Source: Tubiluchus corallicola (lineage: Eukaryota > Animalia > Priapulida). From it: DNA of 64,000 nucleotides. How positions within the stretch are numbered: the stretch's first letter is position 1; every line of letters starts with the position of its first letter. The notes beneath the pieces were generated by a model. It saw nothing but the letters and a program-made list of their open reading frames with translations, was not told the DNA's origin and made no database searches. The DNA lies in assembly GCA_030141605.1 (NCBI GenBank), contig JAQGDQ010000075.1, forward strand, positions 124,001 to 188,000, given 5' to 3'. A program made the translations under genes and the position numbers. Positions 1 to 13,400 of this stretch are shown one piece after another.

Positions 1-331
1 TTTTCGTACTTAACGCAATGTTACTTAAGCTTGTTTCAAACGACTTCCTTTCAAAATGGCTGCGTCTAACGGTCGTCGCGGAAGTTTAATTTTTCAAGTT
101 TTATACAACGTTGCTTTTAATGTATAAGCTTTGCGCGCCGTAAGGCAGTTGTAAGTCATACAAAATTTCAAGTTGAAAAGCTTTTTTTAGCTTTATGCAA
201 GTAAATGATTTTTTACTACCAAAATTGAAAGGCAGAAAATGTGAGTTGGGATAGGCTGTAGCCTGGATTTGTAATGCACCTTTCTGTCCCTTTCTTCGCC
301 TTAACAATAGTTTGACGACATTCAAGTTTAG

Positions 332-1110
332 TTACTGCTCCCATGTGATACCCTGCTACAGCACGTGGGTCACTGCTGGTATTATAAGCTTTCAATCAAA
401 TATTTTTTGGAAAATTCATCTATACACCTATTTATACAAATGTGTACGGCTTCAATTTGTCCTTATTATGAGTCCCCATATGCCACATATAATTGTGACC
501 TTTATGAAAATAGCTGCGCCTCTTCAACCGTTTTGATAGCCGACTTTCAGTGGCGTAGGGGTCAAGCATTTACAGAATAATGCTCATGTCTTCTTTTCAT
601 TTTGGTGCATCCATTTATAACCATGCAACGCCGATCCTAAAAGCTGATCTCTCAAAACAAAAGGATCACTATCACACTTTTGAGGTTTCTTGAGTTCACT
701 ATAATTCCATGATTTCTACTTAAAGTATCGACAATATCCTTGTTGGAAAATTCCAGATTAAAATGTCTTATAGGATCAGCGTAAGTGCGCATGCGCCTGC
801 TGATTCTTTTATACCGTTTTGATATATGTATAAATGTCAAATAATAAAAAAATGAATAAAACACGATTAGTTCTATTCATTCTGCCGTTTCAGTAATTAC
901 GTTATGTAACTCCATACATGTAATTACTAATCTGTGCACACGGATTAATAATTTGTGGCCATGAATTTGTACCTAGTGCACAAGGTTTAGTAATTCGAGG
1001 GCATAAATTAATAACCCGTGTGGAAGGATTAATAATTCGTGGCCACAAATTAGTGTTTCATGCGCTCGGATTAATAATTGTAAGTTAGCTTCATGTGCTG
1101 TTAGAAGTTA
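332..1110 (-). mobile_element. Degenerate integrase-core (IS3EU-like) DNA transposon remnant
   Basis: Minus-strand translation, broken by stops and frameshifts, gives HFNLEFSNKDIVDTLSRNHGIIVNSRNLK, LRDQLLGSALHGYKWMHQK, LDPYATESRLSKRLKRRSYFHKGHNYMWH, DKLKPY, CINRCIDEFSKK and KAYNTSSDPRAVAGYHMGAV. These match in order the motif series I recall for animal IS3/IS481-like transposases (GYRWMH..DP..RRLRRR.Y..GPN..WHID..DKLKPYG.CI.GCIDGFSR). Short tandem subterminal units lie at 920-1080. Confidence 0.75.
920..1080. repeat. Degenerate tandem array of ~19-bp units (e.g. ggattaataattcgtggcc), transposon subterminal region
   Basis: ggattaataatt recurs three times. taattactaatctgtgcaca (923-940) is found in reverse complement inside the MITE at 31593-31729. 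Confidence 0.7.
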
Positions 1111-1499
1111 TAACGCCTATTACTTTGTGATTAAGTTTCTCTTAGATATAATGTAACATGGTGGTCTAAGCCATGGAAATTTAGCGATTGACATCATTGA
1201 AAATATCAGACCAGGAGAATGGAGTTGCAGAGACAAGGTGTTGGCGAATCAGAAATGTGGGGGCTTGGCTCTGACACTTCGAGTTGAGTACATACTCTGA
1301 GTTGAGCAGCAGAGTCGCTTGACACTGCATGAAACTAGGTCAAGATAAAGCCAGTCACTTCTAATTTATAATGATATTCGATCGAAATGCGTATTAAGAT
1401 GTATAATAATAATAATAATAATAACTACGTCGTACCCACGGATTATTATGTGGCGGTGCGTTAACTACTTGAGAATTTTCTGAAAATTGTCAAACAACT

Positions 1500-4400
1500 A
1501 TGGCGGCGTCCAGTGAATTTGAAAATGATTTCATTTTTTCACTTTGTCGAAGTAATCCAGTGTTACCGTATGCAGTACTATTACTTTCTGGTGTTCGACC
1601 ATAGTAAATGCAAAACAATAGTTTAGACATTAGGCAGTTTTTCGTACCTGTTCATATACGGCAGTATTAACCGGCTTTTTATATTCCTATAATGTTGTGT
1701 TACGGTCATCGGCCTAGTATTATATTAAGCTCACACAGAACAGGCTTAGTTTGTGTTATCACATCATGCCAGCTTGGTGACTTATACTCGGCTTTGTTAG
1801 AACCAGTTAAAATGAATGAGTATAAAATTACACTAAAAGTCATAAAGCAAAGTCAGCAGTCTCAGACTTGAACCGCAGTAAACAGCAAATCTGGAGTTTT
1901 TTCAAAAAAGTAAAAAAAAAATTGAGATTTACATCGCAAATATAAAACGGTTATTAACGTTGTAGTGTGAATACAAAAATCTCTGATAACGCTTAAATGC
2001 TTTGTTGCTGACCCTGATAACTTTCAGTTTTTTGCCAGCCATTCATCATCTAATATTATAAAATCAGCACTAACTCTTGAATTTAATTATGTTATTGTTT
2101 TTTTTGCAAAATTGATTAATTAATTATTTACTCATTTGAAAGTTACTTAGTTACTTTCTTTAAAACTAGGTTATGATTACACTGAAACTTTTTCTTGAAA
2201 AAAGTTAAACTGCCCAGACTGGTTTAATGTTAATATTGTTTTGTAGTAAATGAGCTAATTCATTGTGTTAGCTGTATTTGGATGTTGATAAATGGTTGTT
2301 TTCCATGCAAAATGTGTTTATTAAAGAGGCTGTTTGGATGTGGGGGCATTTTTTTAGCTTTGTTCAATAACATCAAACTTATACTCATCATTTTATTTAC
2401 TGTGAGAAAGCTAAGGTGTACTGTGAGACTATAAGTAATGACTTGAAATTGTGAGATTCCCAGTAAAACAGTGAGAGGTGCGCAATATGCATTAGTTGAG
2501 TTTGATTTTAGTAAGCCAGTTGATATTGTAATTTATTGTCAAAAAGTTGCTCTGGCACTATGTGAAAATTATAACATTGCTTTGTAAAATTGAGTGTTAT
2601 AGTAGTGTTAGTATACTTTATGCGCAACTGAGACACTATGTAGAAATTTTAATATTAGTAGTAAAATTGAGTATTATAGTAGTGTTAGTGCATTTATGCA
2701 CACACTATTAGGTCAGTGCACTATTACTAACCTAAAATTAATAGAAACTATCACAATTCGGTATTAATCTGCGTAGAGAGTCTGTAGAGACGTGTATTCT
2801 GTGAAATCACATTTAATTGATTTATCTTTAAATTAAGAAAGGTCATAACAAGAGCCTAACCCTGTAAAGAAAATTAAGAATCAACAGTGGCAAATTGGCC
2901 TTTTTCTCTGGTGACCCTGCAGCATGAACTGCATTGCAGCACCGCACTATTAATTTGGCTAGTAATGGTGCACTGGTTATCAATATAACAACTAATTATT
3001 ATGGTTCGTTTGAAAATAAATGAATACTTAAAATTTTTAAATAAAAAATTAAAATAATAAGATTAAATTATAGTCTACTCGGTACTCACACACCAACCAG
3101 CAAAGGTAACCACTAGCAGAAATATCGCTGTTATAATAGCAAATGGAGAATCTTCATTGTAGGTTTTATGTAGAAGGTTTGGAAGTTGGTGACATGCTAT
3201 AGCCGAATTTTGTGGGTTTTGTTCTGGTTTGTTGATGGTGCACTCACGCCTGTAATTATTTTATTATATTTGTAGATCTTTTACCAGCGATGATGAAAAA
3301 GTTTGCATTGTTACCATTGTGGGAAAAAGCAAGCTGTCAACTACTCACTCAAAATCCTTACATCTTAACAATATGCTGGAAACACCTGTATTTCATGTAA
3401 GTTGAAAATAGTAAGTTAGCAATAAGTCCATGTTAACCAGATCAGTACTAATCGGTGGTTGAATTTAATAAACAGTGCAATTGTTCTGTATTTAAATATG
3501 TTCATCAGATATCAACTGGCAAACTTGCTGATTTAACTTTTCGTGCGCTCACAAATAGCGCATCCTGTTTAATAAGTTAAATTTTGTGCCATCATAGTAG
3601 TTTTGTCATAAACTTTAAATTTTGTGTATCTAAAATTTGAAAAACATCACAGGTGGTTTGACTAATTAATGCAGTGATATGCAGACTTATGCTTGATGTG
3701 TGTCATAAGATATGAAAAGCATTATCATATTGAGATATTCATAATAAAGATAAACGATTCATTTCTCATCGTCTTTCTACAGTTTATGCATTTTGCATAG
3801 GTTTCTTACTAGTTTTCTTGGCCAGTTTCTTGAAAGTGCTAAATAAAATATTTTCTCATATTGTACAGAGCTTTTAAAGTCCTGTGGTTGTCTTTTTTTT
3901 CGACGCACCATAGTTTACACTGATGTACAGCTTGTTTATTATTTCTTGCTTTAATGGCTGGAATAGTGCCTTATGGTTGAAATACCAAAGAGCTAAAAAG
4001 TGAAAACAAAAATACTGTACAAACCTTCATATTCCTGTATTTCAATGTGCATTCCTGTATTTTTGCAGAGCATTCTCTTCAGAGGTATTGGTGAAAATGT
4101 GCAGTCTTCCATGACCGATAATGATGTGAGTTTATAACTGTATAGTATAAGCATAAACTATTTAGAAAACCTAGAATTTTTCGTTCTGCATTCAGAATAG
4201 CTAATCATTTCACTGTAGAGAACCAGGCTGTTAGATAGGCTGCTAAAGTCTATGTTTTCTTATGAGCAGTGTTAGTCATTCATAACTAGGCCAGTGTTAT
4301 TCATTCCTATTATATTTTTATTGCATCCAGAAACTGAACAGAAAATGGAATGACATGATACGGATTTGAACCGAGGAACTTTTGGATACAAAGCTATTAC

Positions 4401-7400
4401 CACTCAGCCCTTTCTGGTTTAGCCCAAGTTGTAGGCTAATATGTAATTAGTCTGGTAAACTTACTATGATGACTGTATGTTTACATCACTGTTAATATGT
4501 GATCTGAATGTTTTGACTTGAAAGAAAACATTACAATGTTTATATCACATTATTCCTCATAGAACTTTGTAGGGTGCAGGAATGAGTATAAATTTAATGC
4601 AGCAGTTGTATGTTTGGCAGTTAACAAATGTTATTGGCCGTTACACAAATGACTGAAAGTTTAATGAAAACCAAACATGTGGTTGAACTTCAAGAGATTG
4701 AAATACGTGTATGTCACCATAACTTGTGCCTCGGCACTCATTTAAAATCACAGTATGATACAGTGCTGACATTGTTTTAAGTTGCAAACATGCGATCAAC
4801 AAATTTTTGATTGCTGTCTAAAATTTTTAACTCCATGGTACGGTGTACGCAGTTTACACAACCCTTGCAAATAATTGTTCATTTTTTTATTTTTATGAGA
4901 GAAAGTTATTCGTTACTTTTACTGCTTGCTTTTGTGATGTTGTGCATTGCTTATGTTCAGGTAAACATTGAAGGATACTACGATGCCGAGGAGGGCGTGG
5001 TTTATCTTCACCTAACAGGCTTCTACGACACAAATAAACTTGCACAAGTGTGTGCGGAAATGCGAGATAAAATTGATCCTAGCGTAAGTAATACCAGGAT
5101 TCTCTTACTGCTGCTACATACGTTTGTCTTGTTCACCCAGCTTGATATAGTAACTCAGCATTTTTAAATCTCAAACATTTTAAATTACAAACTAAATGTT
5201 TTTAAAATCAGAAAACAGAAGATTTTTATAGGCAAATACAATCGTTACTCTATCAATAAAGTCACAAGTCTACTCCAACCCATTTTTGTGCTGCTATTTA
5301 AATTAGTGCATGGTTTAAAGATTTATTGGATTTTTTGGAGATTTTAGCAATTACAAATCGTGATGCTGATTTTTCAATAATTTTGCGACTAGTAGAATTA
5401 CGCAGATTCAGTTTGTATTGGTAAAATTTCTACAACTAAAATTATAGTAATTTAAAAACATAATTTTTTAAAATGAAAAATGATCGATAAAGTAAAAAAA
5501 ATTGTCACCATTCTGAAAATTGTCTAAAGTTCAGTACACAATTGTAAAGTTTCTTGTCGGCTATAATTATTTCGTTTCCTTGCTTTTATTCTTTTTTAAA
5601 TTGCAGTTGCATCTGCACTGTTATTGTTCTGTTTTCCGTGACATTTTTATGTGTTGATTTAGTCAAGAAACAGTCATTAAAAATAAAATAGCCAAATGTT
5701 TTTATGTTGTAGGAACCATATACCTGGTGGCAGAATTTGGAGAAGAAATACACCAGAGCATTGGTTTTCCTTTTTTCTGTGTCACACATTATAGTTTACT
5801 CAAATCCTTCCCATACGTTCGACATGAGCACAGTGAGATTTTTCAGAACTTTGGATAGCCTGAGGTAATTTCTTTGTAATAATTTAGAGGAAAAATGTGT
5901 TCAGTTGTTTTTATTGTGTTGCTGGAAGGTTGAAAATAGCATTTTTGCCTTTCTTGACAGTGTTCAGTTATACGTGATTAAACAAAAGTAAACAAAGCAA
6001 AAGTAACCATAGCTGAATAACTGTGCAGTGGTATTTGTTGAGTGCAATAGATAGGCTATATGAAAACGAACACAAGTTGATTTCTGCATGGCTAAATGAA
6101 GGACTGTAAATCACCTTCATAATTAACTGCAAAAATATTTTCTAGTCTCAAGATTGATGATAGCTCTAATTTTTATTCATGTTTGTTAATTGTTGATACT
6201 GTTAAGTAGTTATCCACAGGGACAGAATAAAGTGGGTCCTTTTAGGAAAATGTAACCAATGAATAAAATAGTTTTTAATTAGTTACTAACTAAGCAATTA
6301 TTATTAAAAGAATTATGTAAAACTACTAACAACAAAATAGTTGATATTAATTTCTTTCAACTAAGCAGAGTGTTAAGGGTTAATGCCACAGATAAAAATA
6401 ACAGTGTACATTACAATCAGTAATTAATATAATTTTTGTGATGCACAGATAATAAGCACAGTATATGAGCAGCAACACATAAAAACCAAAAGTACGAAAT
6501 TCACATAGTAAAAAAACAAAGAAAAAATACTACGTGTTTCAACCTATCAATCTGCACTGCACTAATCATATTTGTAGGCAGTCTGATTTATATAATAGCT
6601 GAAGGTTCGGTTCCATTATATTTTGTGAATGCCACTATAGTTTTACAGATTATTCCTGACAAGTCTACGGTATCATGTGTATCTTTCTGTAAATTACACG
6701 ATTGTTCCAGAACTGTTTACATGTTACCCACAACAATGTATGCTGGGCGGATGATGTAGACTCTGCAAAAAAGTGGGCTTCTCACAATACACTTCATTTT
6801 TTATTACAATTCTTGATATTACTTTTTTATAATATAATTAAATTATCTTTCAAACAGTTTGTAATAATAAGGCATAATTTACTAAATTTTATGTGAAAGT
6901 CTTGAGGAAATATTTCTTGTAGGCTTAAACTTCAACCGCATGTGTCTGACTTGCTACAGTCCATCCCAGAACTGCCTAAAGATTGGGTGAATGCCGGCCG
7001 CCTTTGCCCGCCACGAGTTCTCTTCCTCTTTGAGAGCAACTCCTCTATGCTGGGAAGTTCTCCGACAAAGGAACGTTCTAGATTTTCTGTAAGCTGAAAT
7101 GGATCCTAATAGTTTATATGAAATAGTAACTAATCAAATTGTTAATTTACTGAAGAAAGATGCTGCTGTAAAATGTAAATCATTTCTATCAGAATATGAT
7201 GTCTTTGTGATTGAAAATTGACAGTGTACCACTGAGGCACCAGCTGTATGATTGGGTTTAAACATGCATTCTTATAGTATCACAGTTAGCAGTAAATTGA
7301 TTAGTGTATTACAAGGCTAAGAATTTTGGGTCTGCTCGTCCACGTGGTCCTATATTTCAGCGGTTGAACTGTGTGAGTTCTGACTGAGTGTTGTCAGTAG

Positions 7401-10400
7401 AAGATTTTTCGTCTTGCTAATCCATGTGCATTTATAGCTTCGTGATTTAACTGTGTGAGTTCTAATCAAAAGTTTTAGCTACAATTCCAAATTGATTCAC
7501 AAGTCTTCAGTTTTTTCAGCATATTTACTGTTAGGTTGACAGTTGTTTCATCAAAAATTTTTTATTTAAGTCTAAATTGTCACAGTTAAGATCAATTTAT
7601 ATAGTGTAATAGTTGTGTGATTGAATTATTAACTACTTTTTTTAGTTTCTGGTTAAATAAGCATAACAAACAGGAAGTTGTTATAAAGTTATTTGTTTCA
7701 TTTATTATTAATTGTGGTTGATGAATTGTACAGTAGCTGATTGTATGTGTGTGTAATTAAAGTTGCATTAAAAATATCTCTGTGTGTGTGTGTGTGAGAC
7801 TGACAATATGTATTTTATCATTTCAGAAAAAACCCTCACATAAAAAGTTACAACATTTATTGGAAGATCAAATTTATCGCATTCTCAGAAAAAGTAGGAT
7901 AATTACGAATATTAGGTATGCATAAGAAAATTGCTTTTAAGTTGACTGATACTAATGAATCATTGCCTCAGACACCTAATTCAGTTAGTTTTTCAAATTT
8001 GTTTTATAGAGAATAAGCAATGTAACAAATTTTGTAATATTTTATTAAGAGAACCAGCTTTTCTACTGCACACAAGCAGTTTATCAAACTGATGCTGATG
8101 GTGAAGCAATACCCTACCTAGTTTTTCAAAGTTTGACGCTCCACATGGATCACCACGCTCCGAGATGTGAAATCGCGCATTAGGCCAGTAATTACTCTTG
8201 AAATTTGAATTTCTGAACTTATAAATTCCCGAGTTTTTGTGCTTCATTATCGATGTGACAGTAGTGCTAAATTGCAATCGCCTCTTTTTTAAATGTGCTT
8301 TCTTTATACTAATATTTAAATGTAAAAAACACTAGGCAATTACTATAAGTAACAACATGTATATGACAATGAGCACTGTTTGTTATATATTAATAGTTTC
8401 TTTGATTTTGGCATTTAGATGTTTCATCATTCAGATTTTTGACTAACTAGTTTCTGAATAAGTTCTTTTGTGTTTTCGCATTTTTATGGTCCACTTTGTA
8501 CAGTATGATTTCTATTGTGATATCTTTTTCAATTTATTTTTAAGTTATTTCAGCACTCATGTATCTTATGTAAGCACTAAGATTTTTTAATTGTTGATTT
8601 GACACCTAATGAGACAATATGATTGTTTTTTTTGTAGTGCAAATTCCCTGTTTGCTGTTCCAGCCAATCAGGAGTATGTGTTTGTTGATGTGAAGTTAGC
8701 TCAAACGGCTTCAGCTCAAGAGAGCAATTTGTTAAACTATATTATTAAGCGATGTGATCTAACCAGTGGAGAAGGTGAGGTTTTTCGAAAACATGCTGTT
8801 GTAATTTTTTTGATAATTTCTTTGTGTACGTAATTAGAAATCTTTTGTTGTTGTCTGTAGGTAATAAGTGCATCAATGTGATGTTGTTTACTCTGCGAAT
8901 GATGATTGTGATAGCAAATTTTAGTGACAAATTTTTGAAACTTTTGCTGTTTTCAGCCGTGCCTTGTCTTACATGCAGTGCGCATATTGTGACTAGTTTT
9001 TACATAGCTTTACATATTTTTCACATTATTACATATTTTCTGTATCTGTAATGTTTATGTAATATCATGATAATTTAAGTTCGTAAAAACTCAAAATATT
9101 TTCATATAAATACTAATTTTATTATTGTAAAACATATTCCTTACTTGTTTACTTTAGCATCGCCTACATTTGATGGTGATGTTGTAAATACGGAATTTAG
9201 GTCATTTCTGAAAGCTCATATTGACTTAGCCAAGTCACGAGGATTCGATGACAATGCTACCAGACACCCAGTTCCTATTCTGTTCGAGGTTGGCAGCTGA
9301 TATTATTTAATTTACTAATTAATTAAAGCAATGGCATTCATACAGATGGTTATTCATATTTGGCGGTGAATAGTAATGCATGCAATTTATCATAAGACAT
9401 AACAAAATAGCTTGTAATGTATTAAGTGATGTTTACCAGACATTCAAAATACGTTACGAATTATTCACCTGCGGAATAGCTGTGTATAAAAAATCAATAA
9501 GAAATAGCTGCAGAAAAAGTAACACATAATGCAGGTCTGATAAATGGGTGCATTGAAAATTATATAAACCAATTTTATCTATTCCACATCTGCATCCACA
9601 TAATGCATATGCATTTCGGATGTCTGGTAAGTGCCACTTAAATATGGTTTTAAAAGACTTGCTTGCTTGTGTGTATCGCTGTTCTCTCGCTTATTACCAA
9701 TACTTATTTTTAATGTTTAATACCAGTTGTTTTTTATTTTTGTCATTGATACTTGCATTTAGTAGTCATAATCATCTAGTCACAATCTTAAGCTCTTTAT
9801 TTGAGTGTCTGCAGCAAATTTTGTTTCAAATAACTTTTTTTATTTACAATATTAAGCTTCCTACATGTGATCAGTGGTGTCAGGCAGTGGAAAAGCTCTA
9901 TCCTTTCTTCATGCAAGATGTCGAAGATGCAAGATCAAAGTCTTTGTTCAGCTCTCTTAGTGTTATGGAGGTAGAGCAGCGATTTTCAGAAAGGTGAGTT
10001 AAAATAGACTTAGTAATGAAGGCAGTAAAAGCTTAACCATTCGTAAGTCACACGTGAACTCTGACTAGTAGGCATTAGAACTTGTCAGACTGGAGGAGCT
10101 TCTCAGAAATAATGCAAAAATGTGCTGATGACGTCCATTTTCTTGTCTTGGAGGTTATTCATGATAATGATATAGGTTGCACGACTGCTGTCAACAATGA
10201 GTATAGGCCCTATCATTGAGTGCTGGAGTCCCAGCTTGCAGAGTACCAAACTGAATTAAAAAACTGATGGTACTTCAAGAGTATTTTATGACTGTTAAAA
10301 TCACTCATGCATTACTTTTGCTCGCATGTGTTTTGTAGCCTAGCTGTTTCACAAGCAGAAGATTTATAAAGGTTTCACGCCTAGCCCATCAGAAACTTTT

Positions 10401-13400
10401 CAGACGTCATAACCTAGCTACAAACATGAACCTTACTATGTCTAGCAACTTGTTTATTGTGCCTCGTGTTATGGATTATTTTAATTTGTGTCTTCAGTGT
10501 TTTTCAATATACATTAATGGCATATTTTCCTAAAAGATAATTCTGATCATTTAATTACCTTATAAAGCAGTTTCTTTCGCTAGTGTTTCTTTTTATTTGT
10601 CTATGTTTTAGCCGATGTGCCAAAATTTTACCAATTGCAACCGGCACATACCATGAAGGTCTACCATCACATTATGTTCGAAGTGTTCATGAGGCAAAGG
10701 TGATTATTGTGTTGCATTTAGTTAGTTTTATACAAAAGAGCTCTATATTAATGAATCATTCAAACATAGGACTTGCAGCAGTTAATTTTTTGCAATATGT
10801 GTTTTTACGATCGTTACTCATTACCATTCGTGGACACACGAAAATTGAGGGATCATTTTGTTTGACAACCACTTTGAATACTTTTTGAGGAATTTGCGAC
10901 TTCATATTTTGAGGTAATTAGCTGACGTATTGTTTACATTAAATTTGATGAGAATTTAAAATTTCATAAAATATGGGACAGACCATTTGGACATGGAAAA
11001 ATTGAGCTTGGCCATTTGGGAGCTAGAAACTTGTGTGCTGGCTCAGTTGGATACATATCTACACACTGCACTATTACGTAACTCGATTAGACGATCATGC
11101 AAGAATACGTTATTTCTGTGTTGTGTTACTGATCACGTTGCCAAGTAGGCTAAAATTCTACAAATCCTTGTTCATTCCCTGGTTATAATATAACTTTGAA
11201 ATTTATATAAAGTTTTGTAGGAAAAAAAACATTATTTTTCTGAATGCTATAGTGTAATTAAAACTGCTTGGGAAACAGTTGTTGTTCACTTATCATAAAC
11301 ATCTGCTAATAAATGCATATCATGAATTTTGCAAGACTTGGGCACAGAAGTTTACATTGTAAATTTTCGAGTTGGCAGCTAGCATTAACAACTGATGTGG
11401 CATTCCGTGTCTGTTTGTTCTAGAGCATACAAACCCCTCAAAAATAGTAGTATGATATATAACGCTAACTGAACTGTTGCTCTAATTGTTTTTAAGCTAA
11501 ATTTTAATATAAACAGATTTTTTGTGATGCTGCTATTTGTTGTTTCTGTGATGCGCTAGATGTTTTCGAAATAAAATTTTACTTTAATGGAGGTGGAATG
11601 AATAGAACTCTAATTGAACACGTCGTGTCTCATTCTCTGTTCACGATTGAAGAGCGTCCATAACCTGAATCCATTCTGGTTCCTCCTGATGACTCAGCGT
11701 GTGGCTGTGCTATGTATTGTGCAAATGATACTGTGTGGGTTACTTTATCATGTTTGTGTTTCCCTTGGACATGCTTCGTTCATTTTATAAACTACACATA
11801 TTAAAAGCAGATATTGCAAAACCAGTTGAATAGTTTAGACAGACTTGGAATGTCGCATTGGTGCAGTTGTTTAATTGAATGAAGTGATCTTAGAAAATAG
11901 TGTGAGAATTAGCGTCTTGCAAAAATATTGTCACTATATCGACAAATCAGTAAAAATTTCATAAACAAAAATAAAAGTATTAGATATAACAGCAAATTTT
12001 ATTAGAACTCATTTTATAGTGCAGCCTTAATTTGTATTTTTAGTTAGCACAAGCTTTACAAGTTTTTCTGCACAATGCTCGCGGTCCAGCAGCACACAAG
12101 TATGCTCTGCAGTTACGTGAAGAGTGTGAGAAGTATTGGACCAATGGACGGCAGCTTTGTGAACATATTAGTCTTACCGGTCAACATTGTGTAAACGAGG
12201 TGAGAAAATTATGAAATCTGTTGTTAGTGTGTTTAGTAGTTTTTCACTTTGGTTTTTCGTCAGTTGCATGAACTTCATAAAGAAGGTTAAGTAATGTCTA
12301 TACCACTCTCTCCTGTTTAGCTGAGTGTGTTCTTGATAATGACTTAGTTTGCAGTCCAGTGACAACCTTCTGCACAGGTTGTCCCAGGAGTTGAGTGACG
12401 GATCTTTATTTGCAGGATGTCAAATTGTATAAAAAAAGAAAATGAGAAGGAAGCACTAATGATGGAACAAACCGACAATTAACTAAATATTTATTCAAAC
12501 TTGAAAGACAGGAAATGTGAAAATGATGGGATAAGAGATTCCCGTCTTTCAAGTTTGGATCATCCTGTCTTTCAAGTTTGGATAAAAATATAATCAAATA
12601 TATGTTTGTTCCATCATTAATAATAATCTTGACATAATAATGATAAAGATAAGCACCGAAGAGTGAGTTTACTGATCTGAAATGAAAGCACAGTTTAATT
12701 CATTTTACTAATCAGAACTAAGTTTTTATTCATTTTGTTAATCAGAGCAACCCGGAACAAATGAATTTCGAAAGTTACTGCCAGTATGTGTCATCTATGT
12801 GAAATTGAATATGCTAGCATAGCAATATGTGCATCACAATCAGTATTTTTGAATGCCTGGAATCATTTGAGCTTTATGAGAACAAATATCTTTGTATTGT
12901 ACTAAAAGTTGGTAGTTGAGCATCTTTAACTTTTGTCTTTTAATTTGTTTTATTGAGTGCAGACCTATAACTACTTTTTTACATTTGTGTGATCGATTTA
13001 CTTCTGTTGTGCAAAGTTGTTGACATCTATTTGTGTCCATTATGAGTATGTGCAGATTAATTTATTTTACAGTTTATAATTTTTCCTTTAAAAATGTAAT
13101 TTAGGTACTATAGAACTAAGTAAAAATATCTTATATCTAAAGCGAAAAGAAAACTGATAATTTGGCTTTAGTGTTTGAATTTTTCTTTGCTATTAATTTT
13201 TAGTTTTTTTTATACTAATCTAAGTGTTAAATTCTTACTAAGTTAGTTGACTGTAATTTATGTACAAACAAATTTTTTTGCATTTGACAATATTATAAAT
13301 TTCTTGATAATGTGCATACATAGTTGCCTAAAATATTCCTTTTTACATTTGTTTAATAATTGAGATTGAAAATATTTGTATTCAGTTTCCTTTTTTGTTT

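Noticed and set aside
920-1080. Short periodic repeats as a CRISPR or regulatory array
   Set aside because: They are degenerate units shared with a MITE and adjacent to a transposase fossil.
4340-4410. tRNA gene
   Set aside because: Only A/B-box-like motifs are present and no cloverleaf can be built; a SINE head is more likely.
9854-9856. AAG acceptors (also 45015-45017 and 45523-45525) as signs of unusual splicing
   Set aside because: AAG is an uncommon but normal U2 acceptor, and the paired donors are not U12-type.
12638-12680. Intronic C/D-box snoRNA
   Set aside because: The C box is imperfect, the span is too short, and no terminal stem or recognisable rRNA antisense element is visible.
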